NCBI GenBank assembly: GCA_934162665.1
Contig: CAKPJN010000004.1
Location: 1,226 to 65,225 of the forward strand
DNA from: an uncultured Bacilli bacterium
GTDB lineage: Bacteria; Bacillota_I; Bacilli_A; RF39; UBA660
Direction of reading: 5' to 3'
DNA length: 64,000 nucleotides
The notes under the pieces are model-generated. The model saw only the letters and a list, made by a program, of their open reading frames with translations, was not told where the DNA came from and made no database searches. Position 1 is the first letter of the stretch, and each line of letters begins with the position of its first letter. The translations under genes and the position numbers were made by a program. Positions 1-9,112 of the stretch are shown in pieces.

Positions 1-2364
1 ATTATTAAATTTTATATTCAATTTAACTAATTGTTTTTTACTATCTTCATCTAATAATGAAAATACCTTATAAAAACTTTCATGAGTTTGAATATAATTA
101 ATAAAATCGTCATCTGTATTTAATAAAAATTTTTCATTTTTTAAGAATATGACTACCCATGAATCAATATAATTTTTATTTTCACTTCTTTTTAAATAAC
201 ATTTTTTCCATATATCAGTTTTTTTAGTAAGAAGACTATTTACAAAATTTTTACTACAATCAAATTTTTCTAAATAACCATCTATAAAATTCATTTCTTC
301 TTCTGTTATATTTTCAAATTGTAATAAAATTTTATTCCTAATATCTATATCAACCTTGTTGTTTTCATCAAAGATATAATTAAATAAATCATAATTTAAT
401 ATGCTTTTCGATGAGTAGTCAAATATATCTAATCTATTTACAATTTCGCTTAAATTCTCCAATCGATATGAATAGGACTCCATTTTATTATCTTTTTTTA
501 CATTCTTTACAAATTGCATATCTTGTATAGTTAAGTTTCCTTCTTTAAACAAAGTGATATAGTCATAATAATCACTTGATATAAGCCCTCTTCTTAACAT
601 AAACGATTCCAAATCATTAAGATTATCAGAAAATAAGCTTATACCATATTTATTAATTAAATTTTCAATAGGCATTTCTTTTATTTTCTTTATACTATTT
701 TCTATTTCGTTAATTTCTAATTGTTTGTTTCTAATATTTTCATTCTTATTAACACTTAAATTATTAATTCTTTTTATAAAATTTTCTTTTCCATCAAAAT
801 ATTCAAAGATTTGTTCTTCATCAAAATCATTGTAAGGATAGTTGCTATTTTTTAAAGTTAACCGTTCATTTTTTATTTTATTAATATCAAAGGTATCATT
901 TAAAAAATCACTTATATTACATTCAACATTATTAAACCTTAAATGAAGATTGTTATTTTGTACATTAGAAATGTTTGCTAAATTCATTATAAATACTTGT
1001 TTTAATTCAAGTATATTCAATAAATTTTCATCTCTTATTTCTTTAATTTCATCTAGCAATTGTTTTTTATCATTTTCTAATTTTTTCGTAAGCTCAATAA
1101 CAACGTTATTTTTATTTTGAATTACATTCGGAAGTATTCCTTCACCTTTTAACAACTTAGCATATTTTTGCGGATATAAATTTTTATAAAATATCATAGC
1201 CAACAATTTACGATTATCTAAATCTTTATCTATAAATTTATCACTAAATAAAACAAAGTCAGCCATTATATTATTAATCGTTCTCATGTCATCTACAAAC
1301 ACCGAAATATTGTTAATAAATTTTTTATCTATTTCGTAATACATATTATTTTCTACATCACCATAAATTTTTCTAAATTTTTCCCATATTATTTCATTTG
1401 AATTTGATAATGAAGAAACTGGAATAATAGGAATTGTTTTATCAAAAAATTTTGTTCTTTCAGTTATATCTTCAAAAAAATCATCTTTTATTGCATATAT
1501 AAAACTAATTTTTCTTGTGATTTTTGAAGATGTATTTAATAAATAGTTTAATTCTTTTAATTTTTCAATAATAAATAACGCCTCATTAAACCTATCAATA
1601 TCTTCAAAAATTACAATATCATATTCCGAGCATTGAAAGAAATAAATAATTTCATCTAAATATTTATTAAATATAGATTCAGTTTTTCCATTTATTTCTA
1701 TTTCTGCATCTTTATATTTTAGTTTACTTATATAAAAATTATCTTTAATAAATTCACAAATTTTATAAATGATAAAAACTATAAAAAGACATATAAGTAT
1801 ATATAAAAAACTAGCCAAAATGTAGTTATTATATATAGTAAACGATTTAATTTTAAAATTTAAAACTTTGAGTGTTTCACTAATTCTATTAAATGGTTCA
1901 AAAAATTTATTAAAGAAATTAGGCACAAAAACAAATATACAAATTAAAAGAAGCATAATAAATATTGATGTGTTTAAAAACATTTTCGGCTTTGAATATT
2001 TAGTCAATCTCTTAAATCTTGATTGAGGTACTTTTTCTTGTTCTGTTTGATATAATAATTGTTGTAAAATACTTTTTTCAATTGTCTGATGATACTCTTC
2101 CATTTTTCTTTTTCCTATGTCTTTAGTTTTTTTGCTATACGTGCCTAAAGTTATATTTACATAATTATTTTTATCTTTAAAATATGTCTTCAAAAAACTA
2201 CTTTTACCTGCTCCATAATTCCCAAATACTGCTATATTTTGAATGTCTTTATTATTCAAACTATAGTCTAATATTTCACTATACTCATCTATATCAGTTG
2301 CATCTGATGTTGGTGATAAATTAATAAAATCTTGATAATTATCTACTTTTTTTAGTTTTTCCAT
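1..2364 (-). CDS. KAP/YobI-like P-loop NTPase with membrane insertion (first 788 codons; 3' end lies beyond the window edge)
   Basis: Absent from the ORF track because there is no stop in the window. Own translation from ATG 2364 (AAGGAAGTGA upstream): MEKLKKVDNYQDF..NIAVFGNYGAGKSSFLKTYF (Walker A). Two long hydrophobic helices follow (FLNTSIFIMLLLICIFVFVP, ILASFLYILICLFIVFIIY), then DIVIFEDIDRF (Walker B-like). The frame was spot-checked open at 1-60, about 610-660 and about 1210-1260. Confidence 0.7.
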   Translation of the reverse strand, partial: MEKLKKVDNYQDFINLSPTSDATDIDEYSEILDYSLNNKDIQNIAVFGNYGAGKSSFLKTYFKDKNNYVNITLGTYSKKTKDIGKRKMEEYHQTIEKSILQQLLYQTEQEKVPQSRFKRLTKYSKPKMFLNTSIFIMLLLICIFVFVPNFFNKFFEPFNRISETLKVLNFKIKSFTIYNNYILASFLYILICLFIVFIIYKICEFIKDNFYISKLKYKDAEIEINGKTESIFNKYLDEIIYFFQCSEYDIVIFEDIDRFNEALFIIEKLKELNYLLNTSSKITRKISFIYAIKDDFFEDITERTKFFDKTIPIIPVSSLSNSNEIIWEKFRKIYGDVENNMYYEIDKKFINNISVFVDDMRTINNIMADFVLFSDKFIDKDLDNRKLLAMIFYKNLYPQKYAKLLKGEGILPNVIQNKNNVVIELTKKLENDKKQLLDEIKEIRDENLLNILELKQVFIMNLANISNVQNNNLHLRFNNVECNISDFLNDTFDINKIKNERLTLKNSNYPYNDFDEEQIFEYFDGKENFIKRINNLSVNKNENIRNKQLEINEIENSIKKIKEMPIENLINKYGISLFSDNLNDLESFMLRRGLISSDYYDYITLFKEGNLTIQDMQFVKNVKKDNKMESYSYRLENLSEIVNRLDIFDYSSKSILNYDLFNYIFDENNKVDIDIRNKILLQFENITEEEMNFIDGYLEKFDCSKNFVNSLLTKKTDIWKKCYLKRSENKNYIDSWVVIFLKNEKFLLNTDDDFINYIQTHESFYKVFSLLDEDSKKQLVKLNIKFNN

Positions 2365-2524
2365 TATCTTCACTTCCTTACTGCGAAAAAACGCCAATAC
2401 AAAAACTTATAAAATAAGCCTGTACTAGCGCTTCCCTTTTATGTATACTATTATATCATAAATCCAATTATTTTTATTATTAAATGACACAATGACACAT
2501 TGTTTGTTAGTACCCTACTCACAT

Positions 2525-3742
2525 TTATAATGTCATAGTGTCATTATTCAGTATTGATTTCTTTTTAATAACACAACCTGTTTTATCAATTTTAAAATTA
2601 TGACCAAACATTATACTAACTGTTATAAATTGATAAACTGATGAACACACTTGTCCTATTCCTGTACAAAATGGTGTTTTTAATAACGAAATAAACATTC
2701 TAAGTATTGATGCTATTATCTTATTTGATGTAATTTTAAATGCTGAATATTCTAATTGTAAACAACAAGTTTTAATTCTATATATTGGATATATTAAGAA
2801 ATTTACTATTTCAAAAGAAAAATATATCATTGTAATTTTAAAATCTAAATCATAAAATCTAAATAAAAATGCAAACATCATTAAACTTGTTCCAAATAAT
2901 ATTCCTAATAATTTATAAGCATTGTTTCTATGTTCAATATAATTAAACTTTCTTTTACTAATATCTATTGTTGCTGCCTCTTTTATAGCATCAAATGTAT
3001 CCCACTGTGTATCAGTTATTAGTGCTATAAAAGTCAAAGCAGTTGCATACGTTTCTCCATATTCTAAGGCATTAGATAATCCAAATAAGAATATTAAAAA
3101 GAATGCAATATTATTGAATAACTCAACTGAATCATATTTTATACACTTTAATACATTAATATTAAATTTAAACTTATTACCATTTTTAATATAAATATAC
3201 AAAGTATATATCGCTAATGGAATTAATGTTGTTGAAATTATAATAACTTGATTTTTTGTTATTAAAGCTGTTCCAATTAATAATATAAAATTTAATAAAT
3301 TAAATACTAATGAATGCTTATTTGCTAATTTATTTTTTTCTTCATAATATAACTTATCTTGCATCATTGCAAATTCTAAACAAATGAATAGTTGTAATAT
3401 TGAATATATAGTAAAGTTTTTATATGTACTTATATCCATATTCATAAAATTAATATAATTATCTACATTTAATAGAATTATAGTAAAAATAATTATAGAC
3501 ACAATGGTTCCTAACATTAAGCCTGACATTACTGCATTTTCATTTTTATCTTTTTCTTTACTTATATTAGCCCCAGTAGAAAATATAGACTTAATTATAT
3601 AATATATAAATTGTAATGGATAGGTTAAAGTAAATATATTAATTAAATTCTTATCAACTATTATTCCAAGTAGAAACCAAGATATTATTGGTATAAATGA
3701 TAATAGTGATAAATCAAAACTAATTCTTAATAATCTTTTCAT
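2525..3742 (-). CDS. polytopic membrane protein, function unknown (flippase/MATE-like topology)
   Basis: 405-aa ORF with about 10-12 hydrophobic segments along its whole length. No catalytic motif recognised. Confidence 0.45.
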   Translation of the reverse strand: MKRLLRISFDLSLLSFIPIISWFLLGIIVDKNLINIFTLTYPLQFIYYIIKSIFSTGANISKEKDKNENAVMSGLMLGTIVSIIIFTIILLNVDNYINFMNMDISTYKNFTIYSILQLFICLEFAMMQDKLYYEEKNKLANKHSLVFNLLNFILLIGTALITKNQVIIISTTLIPLAIYTLYIYIKNGNKFKFNINVLKCIKYDSVELFNNIAFFLIFLFGLSNALEYGETYATALTFIALITDTQWDTFDAIKEAATIDISKRKFNYIEHRNNAYKLLGILFGTSLMMFAFLFRFYDLDFKITMIYFSFEIVNFLIYPIYRIKTCCLQLEYSAFKITSNKIIASILRMFISLLKTPFCTGIGQVCSSVYQFITVSIMFGHNFKIDKTGCVIKKKSILNNDTMTL

Positions 3743-3758
3743 ACTTCAATTTTCCTAC

Positions 3759-4229
3759 TCATTCTGTAAAAGAACTAGGATGATATGCTGTTATTCCCAT
3801 TTCTTCTGCTTTTCTTAAAACATCTATTCTATCATCTACAAATACTGTTTGTTTTATATCAATGTTATAGTGTTTACAATATTCAATTATAACTTCTGGT
3901 TTTAATAATGTAGAACATATAAAAAATACATTTTCTCTTTTTACATTTGGATAATGTTCAGATAGCCATTTATATTTTTGTTCTATTTCAGTATTAGTTG
4001 TAACTGCACCTAAAATAAGTATTTTATTACTGTCCAAATTTTCTATAACTCTTTGCATTGTTTTAAGTGGTCTAGCCTTATAAAATAAATCATTAAACAA
4101 TAAATCTTCAAGCGATTGACATCCAAGTTCAGAACATCCGCCGCCATATAATCTATCTTTATATCTATACTCAGACAATGTTCCATCAACATCAAAAAAT
4201 ACATATTTCTCTTTTAAATTTTCTATCAT
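3759..4229 (-). CDS. HAD-superfamily phosphatase (5'(3')-deoxyribonucleotidase-like)
   Basis: N-terminal FFDVDGTLSEY (DxDGT nucleophile motif) and C-terminal VFVDDRIDVL acidic motif. AAGGAG lies upstream of the ATG. Confidence 0.6.
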   Translation of the reverse strand: MIENLKEKYVFFDVDGTLSEYRYKDRLYGGGCSELGCQSLEDLLFNDLFYKARPLKTMQRVIENLDSNKILILGAVTTNTEIEQKYKWLSEHYPNVKRENVFFICSTLLKPEVIIEYCKHYNIDIKQTVFVDDRIDVLRKAEEMGITAYHPSSFTE

Positions 4230-4235
4230 ATTATT

Positions 4236-4786
4236 TTACTCCTTTATACTAATTTCTTTAATCATATCTCCTGGATAGTCGTATAAAACTAATTCATCAA
4301 ATACAAGCCTAAATGGCTTAAAATTAAATTCTATCTCTTCCTTTATTTTATTAACTAATTCTTCATCTTTATCAATATGTAATGTCATATGAAAAGTAAA
4401 TTTATCTGGATCATAATTCTCTCCAGGAATTTGTAAAAAGAATTTTTTTGTAATTCTTTTATATCTTTATTTTCTTCTATGGAAAAGTATAATACAAAAC
4501 TATTATTTCGCCCATTCATTATTCTTATATCGTTATTTTTTAATTTTATTTTATTCATTTTTATATCACTAGCAATATTTAATAACTTACTTTCATTTTG
4601 TTTATCAGTAGTAAATATTGTAAAGTGATATGGCAAATTATCAATTTCATTTCTCAATTCATCATCAATCCCATAAGGTACTTTACACATATGATAATTA
4701 ATATTCTTTAGTTGATCATTTATTTTATTTAGTTCTTTTTCTTTGAATTTTGCTATTAATGTAATTCTACTCATTGATAACCGCAT
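4236..4786 (-). pseudogene. 2H phosphoesterase (LigT / 2'-5' RNA ligase-like), frameshifted
   Basis: The track ORF 4385..4786 contains the first HxT motif (PYHFTIFT). Own translation of 4236..4440 in another frame gives FLQIPGENYDPDKFTFHMTLHIDKDEEL.., the second HxT motif. The frames join at the T7/A7 run at 4443..4449. Confidence 0.65.
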
Positions 4787-5963
4787 CTTTCTTCCTTAAA
4801 CTTATTAAATAATAGGCTATACTAATTTGAAATATCATAAACAAAGCTGACAATCCAAACATATATTTTAATCCTATTTCATACATCATTCCACAAAGAA
4901 ACACACCTATCGATTCTCCTAAAAATCTTATAATATGACACATATTTGAAAAACTTAATTGATATCTATTTTCAAGTCTATTTATATATACTGCATCACA
5001 AATATTTTCATATGCTGTAGATATAAAAATTGACCAAGATATTGCTATTATAGTAATAAGTAAATTATTAGAAACAAAAGCTAAAATATACCATAAAAAC
5101 CTTATCCCAAATTTTAATGTTATCGTTAAATAATCATTTTTTGGTGTTAAATATTTTAAAGCAATTATTCCAAATACATCTGCTAATAATCCAATTACTA
5201 ACAAATATACTGTTGCCATATTATCACTAAATTTAAAATAATTTGTTAATGTTAACATTTTTAAACCCAATGCAGTTGACATAGCAATAGTACCAATCAA
5301 TGTATATATTAAATATAAATACATAATTTTACTTTTTAATACAATTTTTAAACAAGAACTTTTGTCTTTGTTTATTTCATTACTTGTATCTATTCTCATT
5401 GTCATTATTATAAAAATAGAAATTAATAGAAATATATTTGAAATTATTAAACAAACATTATAATTAATTAAAATTCCAGAAATAGTCTTTCCAATAAAAA
5501 TACCACCAAATAATATTCCGATGTCCCTAAACAAATATTCTGTTAGTCTTCTCTTGCTATATATAGTACCATTTTTAGTAAGTGTTGTTATTAACGGATA
5601 AATACTTGTTATGGTTATGTATTCTGTGACAATATCAATTATTATCAAGATATTGATTAGCAATAATAAATTTGAATTATTTAAAATATATAAGAACAAC
5701 ATATTAACAAATTTTAAAATAAGAACAATTGTTAATGTGTTTTTTAATTTATTTAATTTTACATATTTACCAATTAGTGCTATTGCTATTACACTTATCA
5801 ATGTACCTAGGCTTATGATATTACTAATATTTGAAACAGAAAATGAGTTATCTTCTAACCATAATTGCCTAAAATTATTCCATAATCCAATAGAAATACT
5901 AAAAAAAGCTAACATTAATAATATTTTATTTTCATTTTTGTTGAAAACTTTTTTAACCATCAC
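4767..5963 (-). CDS. MFS-type transporter
   Basis: 398 aa with about 12 hydrophobic helices in a 6+6 arrangement and a basic loop after TM2 (GKYVKLNKLK). Confidence 0.5.
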   Translation of the reverse strand: MMVKKVFNKNENKILLMLAFFSISIGLWNNFRQLWLEDNSFSVSNISNIISLGTLISVIAIALIGKYVKLNKLKNTLTIVLILKFVNMLFLYILNNSNLLLLINILIIIDIVTEYITITSIYPLITTLTKNGTIYSKRRLTEYLFRDIGILFGGIFIGKTISGILINYNVCLIISNIFLLISIFIIMTMRIDTSNEINKDKSSCLKIVLKSKIMYLYLIYTLIGTIAMSTALGLKMLTLTNYFKFSDNMATVYLLVIGLLADVFGIIALKYLTPKNDYLTITLKFGIRFLWYILAFVSNNLLITIIAISWSIFISTAYENICDAVYINRLENRYQLSFSNMCHIIRFLGESIGVFLCGMMYEIGLKYMFGLSALFMIFQISIAYYLISLRKKDAVINE

Positions 5964-5965
5964 TG

Positions 5966-7039
5966 CTATTCTCCTCTATCTACTTTCTTTACAAAAAAAT
6001 CATCGTCATCTGCATAATGCATTTTTATGGGTAAACTTTCAACCTGTTTAAAATTATTTTTAATGTAAAACTTATGTGCTTCTTTTAAAACTTTACCACA
6101 AGCAAGATTTATTTCTTCTATTTTAGTTTGTTCTTTTACATAATTGTAAAACATTTTATAAAGACGATTCCCTATTCCTAATTTTTGATATTCTTTATTT
6201 ACATAGAATCTTTTCAATATTCCATATTTATTTCTATTTTCAATAGCAATACTTCCAACTATTTTATCACTTTTCACATCTATTGCTAACCAAAAGTTAC
6301 CACTATTTTTTATATAATATTCTTCAATATTAGATACATCTGGTCTTTCTTTATAAGGTCTACCTATAGAGTTATGCATACATTCATTAATAAATGAACA
6401 TATTTCATCTTTATATTTTTCTTGATATTGAATAATCTTAATTATATTATTATTTTTTATATATTCATATATTTCTTGCCAATTATCAATACTTTTTATT
6501 CCTCTATCATTTTTATTTCCAATAATGATAGTATCAATTCCCAAATTATCAACATTTAAACAATTACTTATGCTATCATCAATCAATAAATCAATATTAT
6601 TTTCTATACATGCTTTTCCTTTATCTCTAGCATTAACAATTAATTTATCATAGTAAATTAAATTTTTTTCAAGCCATTCCTTGCTTTGTAAATATGGATC
6701 TTCATGAAATTCTTTATCTCTTGCAGTAATAATATATATTTCATTACCATCATTATGTAACTTATTTATTACTTCAACACAATTTTCTCTTGGAATAGCA
6801 TTATCAGTTATTTCTTCTTGTATTGTTCCTAAAAAATACTTTAGTTCTTCATAATTAAAATTAAATAATTTTTGATAAATATTTCCATTGTTATTGTTAT
6901 ATATATCAACAATATTATAATCTATATTTTTTACATCTTTATTTAAACTTTTAGCATACTGTATTGCAGCACTTGTAAGTTTATCTTTTATGTTAGTCAT
7001 AGTATCGTCTATATCTATTCCTATTCGCATATAATTCAC
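5966..7039 (-). CDS. HAD-like nucleotidase domain fused to a GNAT acetyltransferase domain
   Basis: N-terminal part has IGIDIDDTMT, IYIITARD and LLIDDS (HAD motifs I-III). C-terminal part has QKLGIGNRLYKMF (GNAT motif A, Q/RxxGxG). Confidence 0.6.
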   Translation of the reverse strand: MNYMRIGIDIDDTMTNIKDKLTSAAIQYAKSLNKDVKNIDYNIVDIYNNNNGNIYQKLFNFNYEELKYFLGTIQEEITDNAIPRENCVEVINKLHNDGNEIYIITARDKEFHEDPYLQSKEWLEKNLIYYDKLIVNARDKGKACIENNIDLLIDDSISNCLNVDNLGIDTIIIGNKNDRGIKSIDNWQEIYEYIKNNNIIKIIQYQEKYKDEICSFINECMHNSIGRPYKERPDVSNIEEYYIKNSGNFWLAIDVKSDKIVGSIAIENRNKYGILKRFYVNKEYQKLGIGNRLYKMFYNYVKEQTKIEEINLACGKVLKEAHKFYIKNNFKQVESLPIKMHYADDDDFFVKKVDRGE

Positions 7040-7600
7040 CTACTTCAATTTAATCTTATAAACATTAAAAATTTTACTTATTATAAATCTTAAAATTTTA
7101 GAACTTGTCATCATTGTATATCTTTTTTCTAATATTTCTTTAGTTATATTTAAATTACTATTGTTACACAATAATTCATATTCAACATTATTATCTACAA
7201 TATACTTATTAGTACCAACAAATTCATTTATTAAATAAAATTGTTTTCTTTTGTTTTTAATATCAAATACCTTTTCATTTACTTTTTCAATGCTCAACAA
7301 AACATTTTTGTAACTTTTATTTAGATTTTTTAATATTTCTGAACCATATCCATTATTTCTTTGATTTTTTTCAATGGCAAAATACATTAAATAAGCAATA
7401 TTATCATATTCAATAATGTATTGAAAACCAATTACTTTATCTTTGTTATATATTACATTAAACTTTACATTCTTTTCTTTAGAACATTTTTTTAGTAACC
7501 AAAATGGAAATCTTTCATCTTTATCAAATGATTCATAATACAATTTTTTTATCAATTTCTTATCACTAGATGACATAAAAGCAACATAATTAAAATCCAT
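7040..7600 (-). CDS. GNAT family N-acetyltransferase
   Basis: QRNNGYGSEILKNL matches the acetyl-CoA binding motif A. 186 aa. Confidence 0.55.
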   Translation of the reverse strand: MDFNYVAFMSSSDKKLIKKLYYESFDKDERFPFWLLKKCSKEKNVKFNVIYNKDKVIGFQYIIEYDNIAYLMYFAIEKNQRNNGYGSEILKNLNKSYKNVLLSIEKVNEKVFDIKNKRKQFYLINEFVGTNKYIVDNNVEYELLCNNSNLNITKEILEKRYTMMTSSKILRFIISKIFNVYKIKLK

Positions 7601-7608
7601 ATTAACAC

Positions 7609-8133
7609 CTACAGTTCATACATCTTTATTTCACAGTTTTTAAGTCCTCTATTTAAAAACTTACCATCTTGTATTCCATCAAAATATCCACTAAAAGCTT
7701 TTGAAATTCCACTATGTGCTACTATTAATACACTTTCATAATCATTTGTTTTTAATTCATCTAAAAAATTATATACTCTTTTGAAAAATTCTTGAATATT
7801 TTCACTTGTTCCATATTGTATTTTTGTATAATAGTTCCAATATTCTTCTCTATTTGTAACTTCTAGAGGTTGCCCACTTAAATCTCCTGGATTTCTTTCT
7901 TCCAATCTATTATCAATTAAAATATCTTTATTTTTAAAATTAATTATTTCTGCAGTGTGCTTTGCTCTTATTAATGGTGAAGAAATAATCATATCATACT
8001 CTAAATCTTTGATTTTACTTTTTAATGTTTCTGCTTGTATTACACCATTATTATTTAAATCTTCATTTTCATTATTATATATTTTTAATGCATTATGAGG
8101 TACTTCACCATGTCTAACTATATATACTTTCAC
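7609..8133 (-). CDS. histidine phosphatase family protein (phosphoglycerate mutase-like)
   Basis: VYIVRHGEVPHN (RHG motif) and VAHSGISKAF (second catalytic His). Confidence 0.7.
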   Translation of the reverse strand: MKVYIVRHGEVPHNALKIYNNENEDLNNNGVIQAETLKSKIKDLEYDMIISSPLIRAKHTAEIINFKNKDILIDNRLEERNPGDLSGQPLEVTNREEYWNYYTKIQYGTSENIQEFFKRVYNFLDELKTNDYESVLIVAHSGISKAFSGYFDGIQDGKFLNRGLKNCEIKMYEL

Positions 8134-8156
8134 TTACTTTCCTACTTTCTGACAAT

Positions 8157-8675
8157 TCAATTTCTTTTTGGTAATTTTTTATAATCGTATTTATCCATAA
8201 TTGGATTAAGTAATTCTTGTGCTTTATTTAATTCTTCTATTGCTTGTTCTAAAGTGTATTTACTTTTACCATCTTTAAGTAATGTCAAATGTTCTGCTAC
8301 CTTAAATATGATAAATCCTGCTTCTCTTGCTTTTTCTCTTTTATTAAAATCAAATTGTAATAAATCTGTTTCTGATTCTTTGTATTGTTCAATTAAGTCT
8401 TTTAAATCTTTACTAGATTTATTTGCATATTTATCTTTAGAAAAATAGAAAAGCATTTCATCATAACCTGCAACTTTTAGTAGTTTTTTTAATGACATAT
8501 CTAAAGTTTCAGCAATTTTTCGTAGATCATCAATATCTACTTTTTTTATTTTTCCATTTATTAAATCATTTAAAGTACTTCTACTAATACCTGTTAATTT
8601 AGCAAGTTCTCTTTGTGAAATACCTTTTGCTTCTCTTGCAGATTCAATTAAATTTTTAAGTTTTTCTGAGTTCAT
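8157..8675 (-). CDS. XRE-family helix-turn-helix transcriptional regulator
   Basis: GISQRELAKLTGISRSTLNDLINGK is a typical HTH_3. It is transcribed divergently from the mob operon. Confidence 0.75.
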   Translation of the reverse strand: MNSEKLKNLIESAREAKGISQRELAKLTGISRSTLNDLINGKIKKVDIDDLRKIAETLDMSLKKLLKVAGYDEMLFYFSKDKYANKSSKDLKDLIEQYKESETDLLQFDFNKREKAREAGFIIFKVAEHLTLLKDGKSKYTLEQAIEELNKAQELLNPIMDKYDYKKLPKRN

Positions 8676-8755
8676 AATAACACTTCTTTCTCCCCTTTTT
8701 CTCTCGATAATTTAATTCTACCACGTTTTTGTTTAAACGTCTAGTTTTTCGGTCA

Positions 8756-8814
8756 AATTGTATTGACGATATTATCGGACAGTGTTATATTTGAATTGTC
8801 ATCAATATCGGACA
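8756..8814. promoter_or_regulatory. two direct repeats ending in ATCGGACA (candidate operator / oriT region)
   Basis: AATTGTATTGACGATATTATCGGACA (8756..8781) and AATTGTCATCAATATCGGACA (8794..8814) bracket or overlap the promoter. Confidence 0.4.
8763..8791 (+). promoter_or_regulatory. sigma-A type promoter for the small ORF-mob operon
   Basis: TTGACG (8763..8768), a 17-nt spacer, then TATATT (8786..8791), with an extended -10 TG at 8783..8784. Confidence 0.6.
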
Positions 8815-8838
8815 TTAACAAGAAAGGAGGTAAAGAAT

Positions 8839-9093
8839 ATGAGATTATTTAAGAAAGATAATATTTATAATTATATAATTCCTAAAGATTTATCTATCGG
8901 AGCAACTAGTATGCTTAATTCTCTATTAGTTAGAACTAATGAGGAACTTGAAAATACTGACCTCTACTCTCTTAGTAATGATAGTAGAAAAGATGTTGCA
9001 CTAGCATTTAGAGAATTAAGAAAGAAAAAATATATTATCTATAATTCACTTGATGATACGTATTACATTTATGTATCACCACAAAAAGATTAA
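8839..9093 (+). CDS. small hypothetical protein (84 aa) upstream of the relaxase
   Basis: ATG 8839 lies 6 nt after AAAGGAGG. The track ORF start at 8782 has no RBS. Confidence 0.5.
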   Translation: MRLFKKDNIYNYIIPKDLSIGATSMLNSLLVRTNEELENTDLYSLSNDSRKDVALAFRELRKKKYIIYNSLDDTYYIYVSPQKD

Positions 9094-9112
9094 AGGAAAG
9101 GAGGAAAAATAA

